From: Longimicrobiales bacterium
GTDB lineage: Bacteria > Gemmatimonadota > Gemmatimonadetes > Longimicrobiales > Gaopeijiaceae
Length of the DNA stretch: 64,000 nucleotides
Reading direction: 5' to 3'
Assembly: GCA_965249725.1 (NCBI GenBank)
Contig: CBDFMQ010000002.1
Location: 1,568,001-1,632,000 of the forward strand
Part shown: positions 24,988 to 35,278 of the stretch, in pieces
Layout of the letters: each line of letters starts with the position of its first letter
Numbering within the stretch: position 1 is the first letter of the stretch
The notes under the pieces: model-generated
The model's database searches: none
Told to the model about the DNA's origin: nothing
What the model saw: the letters and a program-made list of their open reading frames with translations, nothing else
Made by a program: the position numbers and the translations under genes

Positions 24988-25902
24988 TCATACTCCACCC
25001 TTCGCCATCACCGCGGTAACGCACGCCACGTCGAAGATATCGTCGGCCGACGCGCCCCGGGACAGGTCGTTGTAGGGATGTCGAAGCCCTTGCAGGATAG
25101 GCCCTAGAGCGCGTCCTCCGGTGATTCGCTGGACGAGCTTGTACGCGATGTTCGCGGAGTTCAGGTCTGGAAAGACCAACACGTTGGCCTTGCCGGCCAC
25201 CGGCGACCCCGGAGCCTTGTGGCGGGCTACAGACTCGATCAGTGCGGCGTCACCCTGTAGTTCGCCGTCTACGGGCACCCCGGGAAGCCGCTCCCTGAAG
25301 AGCTCGACGGCGCCCACGACTTTGTCGACGGCAGCACCCGAAGCACTCCCCAGGGTCGAGTAGGACAAGAACGCGACGTGGGGCTCATCACCTACCACCA
25401 GGGCCCGTTCCGTTGCCGCGGCGATGCCGATATCGGCGAGTTGGTCCGAGGTCGGCTCAGGGATCACTCCCGCGTCCGCAAAGGTGAGCACCTCGTCGTC
25501 CACCCCGCGAAACGAGGGAACGAGCATGTAGAAGGCCGACGACACGCTGTCCACGCCTTCGGCCCGCCCCACCGTCCGGATCGCGGCACGGATGACATCG
25601 CCTGTACGATGGACGGCCCCGGCCACCACTCCGTCCACCTTACCCTGCTTCACCAACAGACCGGCCGCCATCAAGGGATCACTACCCGTGGGATCGACGA
25701 TGCCGACGGCGTCGACGTCGACGTCAGCGGCCGTCAGGGCCTCGTGTACGAGATGGGGAGATCCAACGGCTACGACCGAGCAGACCCCCTCGTCGAGGAG
25801 CCGGGCGATGGCAGCCGCCGTGCGGGCATCGGTCGCCTCGGGGAACGCCAGCGTGGCCTGGAGCGTTCGCGCCCGAGCCGCCAGGGACGCGAGAAAGGTC
25901 AC
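24988..25902 (-). CDS. pta: Phosphate acetyl/butyryltransferase
   Basis: [45 protein letters not shown] start overlapping the coaD stop. Confidence 0.9.
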   Translation of the reverse strand: MTFLASLAARARTLQATLAFPEATDARTAAAIARLLDEGVCSVVAVGSPHLVHEALTAADVDVDAVGIVDPTGSDPLMAAGLLVKQGKVDGVVAGAVHRTGDVIRAAIRTVGRAEGVDSVSSAFYMLVPSFRGVDDEVLTFADAGVIPEPTSDQLADIGIAAATERALVVGDEPHVAFLSYSTLGSASGAAVDKVVGAVELFRERLPGVPVDGELQGDAALIESVARHKAPGSPVAGKANVLVFPDLNSANIAYKLVQRITGGRALGPILQGLRHPYNDLSRGASADDIFDVACVTAVMAKGGV

Positions 25903-26399
25903 TCCTGAATCGCCGCCTCCATGGCCCTGCGGACCGGCTCCGGCACGAAGGGCGAGACATCTCCCCCGAGGCTGGCCACCTCCCGCACGAGCGACGCGGA
26001 CAGGAAGGAGTACTTCTGATCCGGAGTCAGGAAGACGGTCTCGACTCCGCTCCACAGCTCCCGGTTCATCTGAGCCATCTGGAATTCGTACTCGAAGTCG
26101 GAGACGGCCCTCAGGCCCCGGATCACGAATTGGGCCTCCAGCTCCCGGGCCAGATCCACCAGGAGGCCCTGGAAGCTGAGACACTCGATCCTCTCCTCGT
26201 CCGCGAAGACCTCCCGGATCAAGTCGAGGCGCTGCTCGACCGCGAACAGGCTTCCCTTTACGTGGGTGGCGGTGTGGGCAACCGCGATGATCACCCGATC
26301 CGCCAGGCGCAAGGAGCGGCGAGCCACGTCCTCGTGCCCATTTGTGACGGGATCGAACGAACCCGGGTAGAGAGCCACTACAGGCCGATCGCGGGTCAT
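25899..26399 (-). CDS. coaD: Pantetheine-phosphate adenylyltransferase
   Basis: [24 protein letters not shown]. Confidence 0.97.
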   Translation of the reverse strand: MTRDRPVVALYPGSFDPVTNGHEDVARRSLRLADRVIIAVAHTATHVKGSLFAVEQRLDLIREVFADEERIECLSFQGLLVDLARELEAQFVIRGLRAVSDFEYEFQMAQMNRELWSGVETVFLTPDQKYSFLSASLVREVASLGGDVSPFVPEPVRRAMEAAIQE

Positions 26400-26923
26400 G
26401 GTTTCGCCTCGAGGATCGAGATGACTGTGTCTCCGTAGCGTCGTTGTCGGAGGCCGGCGAGCTCCGGGATGGGATCGCTAACACGATGCTCTACCCAGAG
26501 CTGTGATGCAAACGGATTCGTCGCGAAGGACTCCAACAGGCGCGCCGCGAACCCCGAGTCGTACGGCGGATCAGCGAAGGCCACGTCGAACTCGACGCCG
26601 TCCAGTCGCTGGACATACGCCATGGCGTCCGACGCGACCACGGTCGACTCCGGCTCGGCCGCCAACAACTCGATGTTGGCGCGCAGGGTCGCGAGTGAAC
26701 CCCTGTTACGTTCGACGAACACGGCGCTCGCCGCGCCTCGGCTGAGAGCCTCGAGGCCCAGCGCCCCCGATCCGGCGAACAGATCGAGGACCCTCGCCCC
26801 CTCTACCGACGCCCCCAGGGCCGCCATCCAGGACTCTCTCACTCGGTCGGTGGTCGGACGAACCCCCTTCCCACGGAGCGCCTTGAGCCGTCGCCCTTTC
26901 CATCGCCCCGCGATGATCCTCAT
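26396..26923 (-). CDS. rsmD: 16S rRNA m2G966 methyltransferase
   Basis: [38 protein letters not shown]. Confidence 0.96.
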   Translation of the reverse strand: MRIIAGRWKGRRLKALRGKGVRPTTDRVRESWMAALGASVEGARVLDLFAGSGALGLEALSRGAASAVFVERNRGSLATLRANIELLAAEPESTVVASDAMAYVQRLDGVEFDVAFADPPYDSGFAARLLESFATNPFASQLWVEHRVSDPIPELAGLRQRRYGDTVISILEAKP

Positions 26924-28701
26924 GCCTCGGTACCCGCAACCACGCCGTCCGCCACCCCATGGGCTCGCACGTCGAGGAGGTGCGCCTCGACCTGACGGCG
27001 ACCACGGAACTCACCGATCTTGAGCTTGAAGGTCAGGTCCAAGGGACCAGTGCCGAGTGAATCGGGAGGAATCCGGTGTACGAGGCCAAAACCGATAGCC
27101 TCGAGCGAGTGCCCGGCCTGTGTGAGCTTGAGCTTGAGGTGACCTGTGCCGACCTCTCGCGCGGGACCCTCCAACTCGACTCCACGCGCGACGAAGACCG
27201 GTGTCGGGTTGCCGATGCCGAAGGGGCCGAAGTACGACAGGAAGTGGGTGAGCTGCTCGGTGGCTTCGGATAGCGGCAGCTCGAGGTCTGGCTTGATCGT
27301 CGGCCGGGGAAGCTGGCCGTCCAGGCGATCGCGAGCCTCCGAGTTGAAGGCGTGTCGAAAGTCGTCGAGACACTCCGAAGCGACATCCATCCCCGCCGCC
27401 GCACGGTGCCCGCCGAAACGGCCCAGGTACTGCCGGCACGCGTCAACGGCACCATACAGGTCGAAGCCCGAGATGGACCGAGCGCTGCCGCGACCCTGCC
27501 CGTCGCGCAGGGCAACCAGAACCGTCGGCCGGTGGATTCGCTCGACGATGCGCGAGGCCACGATGCCGATCACGCCGGGGTGCCACCCCTCCCCCGCCAG
27601 GACCACCCCGAAGTCGGTCTCGGGCCGATAGCTACTCTGGAGCTGATCCAACGCCTGCTTGAGAGTCCTGGCTTCCTCCTCCCGCCGGTCGGTGTTGTTC
27701 TTCTCTAGACGGCCGGCGAGATCCTCAGCGACATCGGCGTCCTCCGTCATGAGGAGTTCCAGAGCCGTCATGGCCTCGGCCATCCGGCCGGCCGCGTTTA
27801 TCCGCGGCGCCAGCCGGAAAGCCACCTGGCCGGCCTCGATAGGTCCTTGGTCTAGCCCGGCTTGTTTCATCAGGGCGCGCAGGCCCGGGATCTCCGTGCG
27901 CGCCAGTGCCTTGAGGCCATAGCGAACCAGGGTCCTATTCTCTTGATCGAGGGGGACCACGTCGGCGATGGTGGCCAGCGCCACAAGGTCCAGGAATCCG
28001 TGCAATTCCTCGTGAGCGATACCGCGTTCGTCCGCCATCAACTCGCACAAGCGGTAGGCGACGCCGGTCCCGCAAAGCCCCTTGTTGGGGTATTCACAGT
28101 CCGTCCGGTTCGGATCGACCACCGCGAAAGCGGGGGGAAGCGTGTCGGCCGGGGTGTGGTGGTCGGTGACGATCACGTCGATGCCCGACGCGTTGGCCTC
28201 GGCCACCGCATCGTGGGCCCGGATCCCCGAGTCGACCGTGACGATCAGCGTCGCTCCGGCGGTGCGTGCCGCCTCGAGGCCGGCGGGACCCAAATCGTAG
28301 CCGTCTGTCACGCGGTTGGGGACGAACGGCACTGCGTCTCCGCCCATCCTCCGGATCCACCGAGTCAACAAAGCGGCACCGGACACCCCGTCGACGTCGT
28401 AGTCCCCATGGACCAGGATCGTCTCGCCCTCGTCGATCGCGCCGAAAATCCTCGCCACGGCTTCCTTGCTTCCTGCCAGAAGCGAGGCCGGGTGGAGGTC
28501 GGTCAGGAGGGGGCGGAGATAGCTCTTGGCCTGATCGGGTTCGGTCAGGCCGCGCTGCACGAGAAGGGCACAAAGAGGCTCTGGTATCGAGAGGGCGTCA
28601 GCCAGGAGCCGCACCGCGTCCTCGGGAACCGACGCCGGCTCTTTCCACAGAGGGATGAGCGCCGGCAACGCCGGTTGGGAAGCCTCGCCTACGCCGGCCA
28701 C
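26920..28701 (-). CDS. recJ: ssDNA-specific exonuclease RecJ
   Basis: GDYDVDG, TDHH, ATIADVVPL, PRINAAGR, GSARS, GGH. Confidence 0.97.
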   Translation of the reverse strand: MAGVGEASQPALPALIPLWKEPASVPEDAVRLLADALSIPEPLCALLVQRGLTEPDQAKSYLRPLLTDLHPASLLAGSKEAVARIFGAIDEGETILVHGDYDVDGVSGAALLTRWIRRMGGDAVPFVPNRVTDGYDLGPAGLEAARTAGATLIVTVDSGIRAHDAVAEANASGIDVIVTDHHTPADTLPPAFAVVDPNRTDCEYPNKGLCGTGVAYRLCELMADERGIAHEELHGFLDLVALATIADVVPLDQENRTLVRYGLKALARTEIPGLRALMKQAGLDQGPIEAGQVAFRLAPRINAAGRMAEAMTALELLMTEDADVAEDLAGRLEKNNTDRREEEARTLKQALDQLQSSYRPETDFGVVLAGEGWHPGVIGIVASRIVERIHRPTVLVALRDGQGRGSARSISGFDLYGAVDACRQYLGRFGGHRAAAGMDVASECLDDFRHAFNSEARDRLDGQLPRPTIKPDLELPLSEATEQLTHFLSYFGPFGIGNPTPVFVARGVELEGPAREVGTGHLKLKLTQAGHSLEAIGFGLVHRIPPDSLGTGPLDLTFKLKIGEFRGRRQVEAHLLDVRAHGVADGVVAGTEA

Positions 28702-28727
28702 GTCAGGAACGTCGGGAAAGCCGACGC

Positions 28728-29954
28728 CTAAGCGTCGGCGGCTCCCTCCTTGGGCTCTTCTTCATCGTCGACCTCGGCAGCGGATTCGGGCTCTTCTTCC
28801 GAGGCACTCGCCTCCGGAGCCGGCTCCATCTCGTCTTCGGCAACTTCGGGTGCCGCCTCCTCCGCAGCTTCCGCCTCGGGCTCCGCGTCCTCCTCGAGGT
28901 CCGCTAGGGGCTCGTCGACCGCTTCAGAGACCGGCTCCGCGTCCTCCTCGACCTCCGGGAGGGGCTCATCGACCGCCTCATCAATCGGATCGGTTGCGGA
29001 CTCGGCTTTGGCAGCCTCTGCGGCCACCTCCTCCGCGACCCCGGCCAACAACTCCGCTACCTCGTCTGCGACCTCCGCCTCGGTCGCCGCTTCAGCGGCC
29101 TCGGTCTCGAGCCCCACCTCCGCCGCCGCTTCCGCCTCGTCCTGCGCCGCCGTTGCGGCTCGCTCGACGTCCCTGGCCTCTTCGGAGACGCGAAGCGACT
29201 CCTCGATCCGGGCCGCCTCTTCCTCGGCCTTCACGAGACCCTCGTCGGACTCCGGCGTCAAGATGACCCCGCAGCCCTCACAGCGGATCATTCCTGAGGA
29301 GTGTCGGATTTCGTTCTGAACCTGTAGGGGAATCACGCTGAAGCAGTTGCCACACGCTCCGTCGCCGGTCAGCTCGGCCACCGCGACGTCCGTCGACCCC
29401 GCCATGATGCTCTCGTACACCCGACGCTCCGTAGCATCGATACCCTCGGCGAATGACTCTCTCGTCCCCAGCAGTTCCTTCAAGCGCGCCTCGGCGGTCT
29501 CTCTTTCCTCGTTCAACTCCACCCGCCTGGGTTCGACTTCCGCCAGAGCCTCCTGCAGCGCCTCCTCATGCTCGGCCCGCCGCTCCTCCATGCGCCGGAT
29601 CTGGTCCAGGAGACTCATGGCTTCCTGCTCATCGTTCTCGAGAGCCCGCTTCACCATTTCCAGCTCGGCATGCACCGCGGCTTCTTCCCTCACGTTCCGA
29701 ACGGTGTTCATGCGCTCTTGGAGTTTGGCCGACCGTACCCGCCGCTCTTCGATGGACAGCTCGATCCTGTTCTCCTCGAGCGTCACCTCCTGTAAGCGAG
29801 CCTGTAGGGCCTTCACCTCTTTTTCGAGATGCTCGATGGGCTCACCGACCTCTTCGAGCTTGGCGTCGAAGGTGCCCACGATGGACTCGATGGAGGCAAT
29901 CTCCTGGTCCATCTGCTGGAGCTCTTTCAGTGACGAATGCGTCTGGGGTGTCAT
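28728..29954 (-). CDS. Coiled-coil/C4 zinc-ribbon protein (DUF164-like) with long acidic tail
   Basis: LKELQQMD coiled coil, CGNC...CEGCGVIL ribbon, then about 170 aa rich in E/A/D. Confidence 0.85.
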   Translation of the reverse strand: MTPQTHSSLKELQQMDQEIASIESIVGTFDAKLEEVGEPIEHLEKEVKALQARLQEVTLEENRIELSIEERRVRSAKLQERMNTVRNVREEAAVHAELEMVKRALENDEQEAMSLLDQIRRMEERRAEHEEALQEALAEVEPRRVELNEERETAEARLKELLGTRESFAEGIDATERRVYESIMAGSTDVAVAELTGDGACGNCFSVIPLQVQNEIRHSSGMIRCEGCGVILTPESDEGLVKAEEEAARIEESLRVSEEARDVERAATAAQDEAEAAAEVGLETEAAEAATEAEVADEVAELLAGVAEEVAAEAAKAESATDPIDEAVDEPLPEVEEDAEPVSEAVDEPLADLEEDAEPEAEAAEEAAPEVAEDEMEPAPEASASEEEPESAAEVDDEEEPKEGAADA

Positions 29955-29993
29955 GTATGCTCTTGTATTGGATGTCTAGCCATTTGTCGCGAT

Positions 29994-31793
29994 CTAGCGG
30001 TTGTTCTTCAAGGTCCTTCGAGCAGCGGACGACCAGTCGCGTCCGAGCTCTCGACGCTCCTCACCGAGGCGCGCCTTCTCGGCCAGGAGCTCATCACGTC
30101 GCTCCGGGTCCGTCGTATTCTGTATAAGGCGATCCACTTCGTCGAGGCTTCCCTGCAACGCGGTGCTTTGGATCTTGCTCAGCGACTCTTCGAAAACCCG
30201 GTGCGCCGGGCCGAGTTCCTTCGGATCGCCGAGTAGTTCCTCAAGCGTCTGAGCAATTCCGGGTGGAAGCCCGGCAGGGGGATGCGTAAGCCCCGGATCG
30301 GCAAGCAGGGCCTCAAAGGCACCTCGATACCCGAGGTCCAAGAAGTCGTCGGGACCTAGATGTTCACCCACGCGCTCGATCCAATCCCGATCCTTGGTCA
30401 TGAGCAGAAGGAGCTCGCGCTCCGCACCCATCGGCGGAATCGTCGGTGCAACGACCCTCCGCGGCGCTGGCCTTCGTGGCGTCGATGCGGACGGTGCGGG
30501 CGAGTGGGTTCGCTCCAGCTCCTCCTGCAGCGTCTCTCGACGGACGCCCGTGCGATCCGAGACCTTGGAAACGTAGATGTCGCGAAGAGCCGGATCCTGC
30601 ACCGCCCGTAAAGTCGGAAGGAGTCGGTCGACCGCGTTGCGAGTCTGCTCGATCCCGGAAAAGTGATCTCGCTCCTCCAGTATCTGGAGCTTCCGGTCGA
30701 GAACGTCGACGGCTTGATCAATGTGAAGCTGAAGGCCCTCCGCTCCCTCCTTGTGCACTATGGTGTCCGGATCCTCCCCCGGAGGGAACGTCACTACGGA
30801 GGGGTGCACCCCCGCCGCCAACATCACGTCTCCTGCGCGGAAGGTGGCCTTCAGCCCAGCCACGTCGCTATCGAAGAGGATGTGGACCCGCGTCGTGTAA
30901 CGCCGAAGCAAAGCGGCCTGTTGGGAAGTCAGGGCCGTGCCGAGAGGTGCCACGACGTTTTCGAACCCGGCCCCCGCCAACGACACGGCGTCCATGTAGC
31001 CCTCCACAACCAAGGCCGTGTCCTCACGGCGGATGTTGTTCTTCGCCCAGTTCAGCCCGTAGAGCACGTCTCCCTTGTGATAGATGGGCGATTCGGGCGA
31101 GTTGACGTACTTGGGCGCTCCCTCCCTACCGGAGTCGAGAACGCGGCCCCCGAAGCCCAGGACCTTACCACCGAGGCTCTCGATCGAGAACGTCACCCGG
31201 CCCCTGAATCGATCGTACGGCTCCTGGCTCTTTTGGCTCTGAGTCAGGAGACCCACCTCGAGGAGTGTCTCGTCGCCGATCCCGTGGTGGGCCGCAGCGT
31301 CTCGCAGCGCGCGCCACTCGTCGGGCGCGTACCCGAGCGAGAACCGCTCGGCGGTCTCGCGGTCGATTCCCCGCTTCTCCAGGTAATCCCGGGCTTCTTT
31401 GCCCAGCTTCTCGTCCCACAACGAGTCCTGGAAGAACACCCTGGCGAACGCGTTGGCTTCATAGAGGTGGCGGAACGGATCCTCCTCTTGGTGGCCCTTG
31501 ATCACCTCACGAATCTCTACACCGGCCCTCTGGGCCGCGTGCTTGACGGCATCGACGAAGTCCAGGCCGAGGCGCTTGATCAGGAACGAGAAGACATCCC
31601 CGGACTCACCGCATCCGAAGCACTTGTAGAACCCCTTGGCCGGGACGACATAGAAACTCGGAGTCTTCTCTTCGTGGAAGGGGCAACAGGCCTTGTAGTC
31701 CTTCCCGGACTTCTTCAGGGGAACGATGTCGCCTATGATCTCGACGATGTCCGCCCGAGCCCGGACCTCCTCGACCTGGTCGTCGGGTATCAC
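29994..31793 (-). CDS. dnaG: DNA primase
   Basis: CPFHEEKTPSF..CFGC zinc finger, KYVNSPE, VEGYMD, FDSDVAG. Confidence 0.97.
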   Translation of the reverse strand: MIPDDQVEEVRARADIVEIIGDIVPLKKSGKDYKACCPFHEEKTPSFYVVPAKGFYKCFGCGESGDVFSFLIKRLGLDFVDAVKHAAQRAGVEIREVIKGHQEEDPFRHLYEANAFARVFFQDSLWDEKLGKEARDYLEKRGIDRETAERFSLGYAPDEWRALRDAAAHHGIGDETLLEVGLLTQSQKSQEPYDRFRGRVTFSIESLGGKVLGFGGRVLDSGREGAPKYVNSPESPIYHKGDVLYGLNWAKNNIRREDTALVVEGYMDAVSLAGAGFENVVAPLGTALTSQQAALLRRYTTRVHILFDSDVAGLKATFRAGDVMLAAGVHPSVVTFPPGEDPDTIVHKEGAEGLQLHIDQAVDVLDRKLQILEERDHFSGIEQTRNAVDRLLPTLRAVQDPALRDIYVSKVSDRTGVRRETLQEELERTHSPAPSASTPRRPAPRRVVAPTIPPMGAERELLLLMTKDRDWIERVGEHLGPDDFLDLGYRGAFEALLADPGLTHPPAGLPPGIAQTLEELLGDPKELGPAHRVFEESLSKIQSTALQGSLDEVDRLIQNTTDPERRDELLAEKARLGEERRELGRDWSSAARRTLKNNR

Positions 31794-34177
31794 TTGAAGC
31801 TCGCCACGGTGACTCCGGCTCCGCCTTCCGTGCGTCCACCGAGGCGAAACGCGGCGACTCTGCCGTCACCCTCCAAAATCTCCGTCACTCGGGAGCGGAC
31901 GGCGCCCGTACCCTTGCCGTGGATGATCCTGAGTTCAGGGAGATCGTTCAGGATCGCCTCGTCCATGGCCTGGAAGAGCTCCAGGTCCACTTCGTCCACG
32001 CGCCTGCCGCGGAGATCTACCTCGGTCCGCACCGGGCCCTCCGGAGCGCTCCAGGACACCGAGGCCGAACGTCCCCCGCCCTGATCCGACCCGCCCTGAT
32101 CCGACCCGCCCTCGATGGGGTCGAGGTCGGAGAGGGGCACCTTCATCCGGATCCCCGACGCGTCGATGACGGCCCGGTCATCCCGGATCTCCACCACGAC
32201 GCCCTTTGGCCCGCCGTCCAACACCCGGACCCGGTCGCCCGCTGCCAGCGCGAAGGCTCCACCGGAGCGCCGCTTGCCGGGCCGCAGCTCCTTCTGACGC
32301 CGGGCGGCCTTCTCGACCTTGCTGCGAGCCTCGCGAGCCACCTTATCGAGGTCTTCGGCCGTCTTCGCCTCTTTGACCTCGCGGATCGCGTCCTCCACCT
32401 CGCCCCTCGCCTCCATCAGCAGTTGGCGCGCCTCATCCCTGGCCTTTCGTTCGGCCTCACGCTCCTCGTGTCGCAGATCGGACTCACGGTGCTCGAGCTC
32501 CGAGCGGAGACCTACCACCACGCTCCTCTCGTGCTCGAGCGACGCCACCAGCTCCCGAGCCTCCTTGTCCTTCCGTTCGAGACGCTCCAGAAGGTCCTCG
32601 ATGGACGACTCGCCGCCCGACATCTTCTCGTCGGCACAATCGAGGAGGGACGTCGGAAGGCCGAGCCGGCGGGCGATGGCCAGTCCGTAGCTTCGGCCCG
32701 GTCGACCCTTCACGAGCTCATACGTGGGCTCCATGCGATCGGGGTCGAACTGTAGTGACGCGTTGACGATCCCGCTCCCCTCGGTGTCGAGTCGCTTGAG
32801 GGCGCCCAGGTGGGAGGTGACGATAGCCATGGCACCACGCTGCACCAGGTGCTCCAGGAGCGCCATGGAGAGAGCCGCTCCTTCCGTGGGGTCCGTCCCC
32901 GTTCCCATCTCGTCGAGCAGCACCAGTGACCCGTGATCGGCCTGCTCCGCCACCTCCCGCCAGTTCGCGAGGTGCGCCGAAAACGTGGACAGGCTTTCCG
33001 CGATGGACTGCTCGTCACCGATGTCGGCGAAGAAGGACCGGAAGATGGGGAGGCGAGTGCCTTCGTCGACAGGCGGGATCACGCCACTCTGAGCGAGCGC
33101 CGAGATAAGGCCGACCGACTTCAGGAATACGCTCTTTCCACCCGTGTTGGGTCCTGAGACCACGAGCACGTGCTCCCCGGGGTCGAGGGCGAGGTGGAAC
33201 GGTACCACCTCTTCGTCGGCCGCGGATTGGTCGGCTCCCGAGAGGAGCAGAGGATGCCTCCCCCGAACCACCACCAGCCCCTGGTCGTCCTCGACGAAGA
33301 CAGGGAGCGCGGCCTCCCATTGGCGGGCCGCTCGTGCCCTTGCGTACAGGGAGTCGAACTCGACCAATGCGTCCAGGCTGTCCACCAACGCATCATGGCT
33401 CGGGCGCAGGAGCTGGGTGACCTCGGTGAGGACGCGATGGACCTCGCGGAGTTCCTCACGTTCGAGGGCCCGCAGCTCGTTGGTGAGCGCCAAAGCGACC
33501 GGCGGTTCCACGAACAGCGTTGCGCCCGTGTGGGATTCGTCATGGATGATCCCGCCGACTTCCTTCTTCCCTTCGCGACGGACAGGGACCACGTACCGGC
33601 CCTCGCGAACTCCGATGGAGGCGTCGGCAACCGTATACCGTTCGGGAAGATCACGAACGAACGCCTCCAGCTTCTTGACGATCTTGGAGTGGGCGCTTCT
33701 CAGGCGACCCCGGATCTTCTTCAGATCGGAGCTCGCCGTGTCCAGAACCTCACCCGCGTCGTCGACCGTCTTCTGGACGCGGGCGACCGTCTGCGGATCC
33801 CTGTGAAGCCGATCTGCGAGAAAGCCGAGCTCGGGAAAGTCCTCACGGTGCGCCCCTAGCGAAAGCGCCAATTCACCGGACGAAGCAAGCAGGAGTCCGA
33901 CCCGGTGGAGTCCCAGCGGCTCGAGCACCGACCCCTCCACCCCCAGGTGAGATAGAGCTTCGGCGCAACTCGGAATCGTAGGAGGAGCCCAGGGGGCCAG
34001 AGACTCACTGAATGCCGAGGTCTCGGCTATTCGCCCGAGTTCTCGTTCCAGCCACCCGCGATCGGTGCGCGGCCGCAGAGCGAGGACCGCGTCTCGGCCG
34101 GAGTCGGACGTGGCATGGCCCGCAACCAACTCGAGGACCCGAGGAAAGTCGAGAACGGAGAGGGCGTGTTCGCTCAT
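31790..34177 (-). CDS. mutS2: Endonuclease MutS2 with Smr domain
   Basis: SGPNTGGKS, DIGDEQSI..SLSTFS, DEMGTGTDP, IIHGKGTG. Confidence 0.96.
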   Translation of the reverse strand: MSEHALSVLDFPRVLELVAGHATSDSGRDAVLALRPRTDRGWLERELGRIAETSAFSESLAPWAPPTIPSCAEALSHLGVEGSVLEPLGLHRVGLLLASSGELALSLGAHREDFPELGFLADRLHRDPQTVARVQKTVDDAGEVLDTASSDLKKIRGRLRSAHSKIVKKLEAFVRDLPERYTVADASIGVREGRYVVPVRREGKKEVGGIIHDESHTGATLFVEPPVALALTNELRALEREELREVHRVLTEVTQLLRPSHDALVDSLDALVEFDSLYARARAARQWEAALPVFVEDDQGLVVVRGRHPLLLSGADQSAADEEVVPFHLALDPGEHVLVVSGPNTGGKSVFLKSVGLISALAQSGVIPPVDEGTRLPIFRSFFADIGDEQSIAESLSTFSAHLANWREVAEQADHGSLVLLDEMGTGTDPTEGAALSMALLEHLVQRGAMAIVTSHLGALKRLDTEGSGIVNASLQFDPDRMEPTYELVKGRPGRSYGLAIARRLGLPTSLLDCADEKMSGGESSIEDLLERLERKDKEARELVASLEHERSVVVGLRSELEHRESDLRHEEREAERKARDEARQLLMEARGEVEDAIREVKEAKTAEDLDKVAREARSKVEKAARRQKELRPGKRRSGGAFALAAGDRVRVLDGGPKGVVVEIRDDRAVIDASGIRMKVPLSDLDPIEGGSDQGGSDQGGGRSASVSWSAPEGPVRTEVDLRGRRVDEVDLELFQAMDEAILNDLPELRIIHGKGTGAVRSRVTEILEGDGRVAAFRLGGRTEGGAGVTVASFK

Positions 34178-34223
34178 CCGGCCAACTCGCGAACGGTCGG
34201 CCCCCGAGGGAGCGGCCCGCCTC

Positions 34224-34661
34224 TCACCCCAGCTCCTCCCGAACGATCCGGTTGGCCTCTTTGCCGTCGAAACGTCCCTTTATTTGAGGCATGACCTGCC
34301 CCATGAGGGCTCCCAACTGGTCGGCTCCTCCGGCGATGGCGCTCTGCACGATCGTGCGCACCTCGGCCTCGGTCATTTGAGGCGGCAGATAAGCCTGGAG
34401 GATTTCGGCCTCCGCCTCCTCCTTGTCCGCCAATTCAGGTCGTCCACCGGCTCTCATCTGCTCGGAAGCGTCGCGTCGCTGCTTGATGGCCCGTCCGACC
34501 ACCGCCTCGACACCGGCCTGATCCAACTCACTCCGCTGCTCGATCTCGCGGTTCTTGACCTCGGAGAGGAGCGTGGTGATCACCACAGTCCGTAGCTTAT
34601 CTCGTGCCTTGCGGGCTTCGATCAGGTCACTCTGGATCTGCTGCTTTAGATCTGTCGACAT
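34224..34661 (-). CDS. GatB/YqeY domain protein
   Basis: KQRRDA..GR.ELADKE..E..IL..YLPPQM, G.LMGQVM..KGRFDG. Confidence 0.92.
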   Translation of the reverse strand: MSTDLKQQIQSDLIEARKARDKLRTVVITTLLSEVKNREIEQRSELDQAGVEAVVGRAIKQRRDASEQMRAGGRPELADKEEAEAEILQAYLPPQMTEAEVRTIVQSAIAGGADQLGALMGQVMPQIKGRFDGKEANRIVREELG

Positions 34662-34668
34662 GGGGCTG

Positions 34669-34697
34669 AAGCTACCCGAAGCTCCTGGGGGGGTCAA
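34669..34697 (-). promoter_or_regulatory. Sigma70 promoter, probably giving a leaderless yqeY transcript
   Basis: TTGACC-N17-TAGCTT, then 7 nt to ATG 34661. Confidence 0.65.
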
Positions 34698-34816
34698 CGC
34701 GATGAGCAGGCGACACTCAACCTGAAAATCCGCGTCCCTTCTAGCTATTCGGCTGCCCTGGAAAACGTCGTATTCGTATCTCCCCTTACCCATCCATCAC
34801 GCGGCCAGGAGGCCCG

Positions 34817-35278
34817 ATGAAGACCATGTCGGAGCACGTCCAGGAGATTCTGTGGCGCTCGGTTTCGCCCGCTCTACCACTGCCGACGCTGATCGAGGCG
34901 CTCGAACGTGAGACGGTCACGACCACCGGCGGCCCCTTAAGCGTGCTGCGTGAACTCCGGCGCAGCCCCGAGCTCTTTCGGGTGCTCGATCCGTGTGTGG
35001 GACCCTGGAGAGGCCGATGGGCGATCACGGGGCAGGACCCGGTCTGGACTCCCGACCTGTGGGTCCTCGGCCTGAGCCCCCGGAAGAGATCCTGTTCACC
35101 TATCCGGGCTCGACTGTCGGAGACCTTGCGTTCCTTGGGACGTCGAGTGGATCAAGGCTCCGCAATGGCTACGGCTCGCTGGTCACTCCTCATGGCGCGG
35201 GAGTCCACCGTCTTTGCCGGAGCTGCGGCCTCTACGAGCCCCGCGCAGGTGTGCACCACCGTGTGCACCGCCGTGTGA
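34817..35278 (+). CDS. Hypothetical protein
   Basis: 153-aa ORF filling the yqeY-prmA gap, AGGAGG SD just upstream. Confidence 0.6.
   Translation: MKTMSEHVQEILWRSVSPALPLPTLIEALERETVTTTGGPLSVLRELRRSPELFRVLDPCVGPWRGRWAITGQDPVWTPDLWVLGLSPRKRSCSPIRARLSETLRSLGRRVDQGSAMATARWSLLMARESTVFAGAAASTSPAQVCTTVCTAV

Noticed and set aside
24988..26484. 498-aa Pta with an N-terminal extension, and similar over-long starts for tilS, eno, obgE, lolA and ftsK
   Set aside because: The extensions overlap upstream genes in another frame; coupled downstream starts fit the family N-termini
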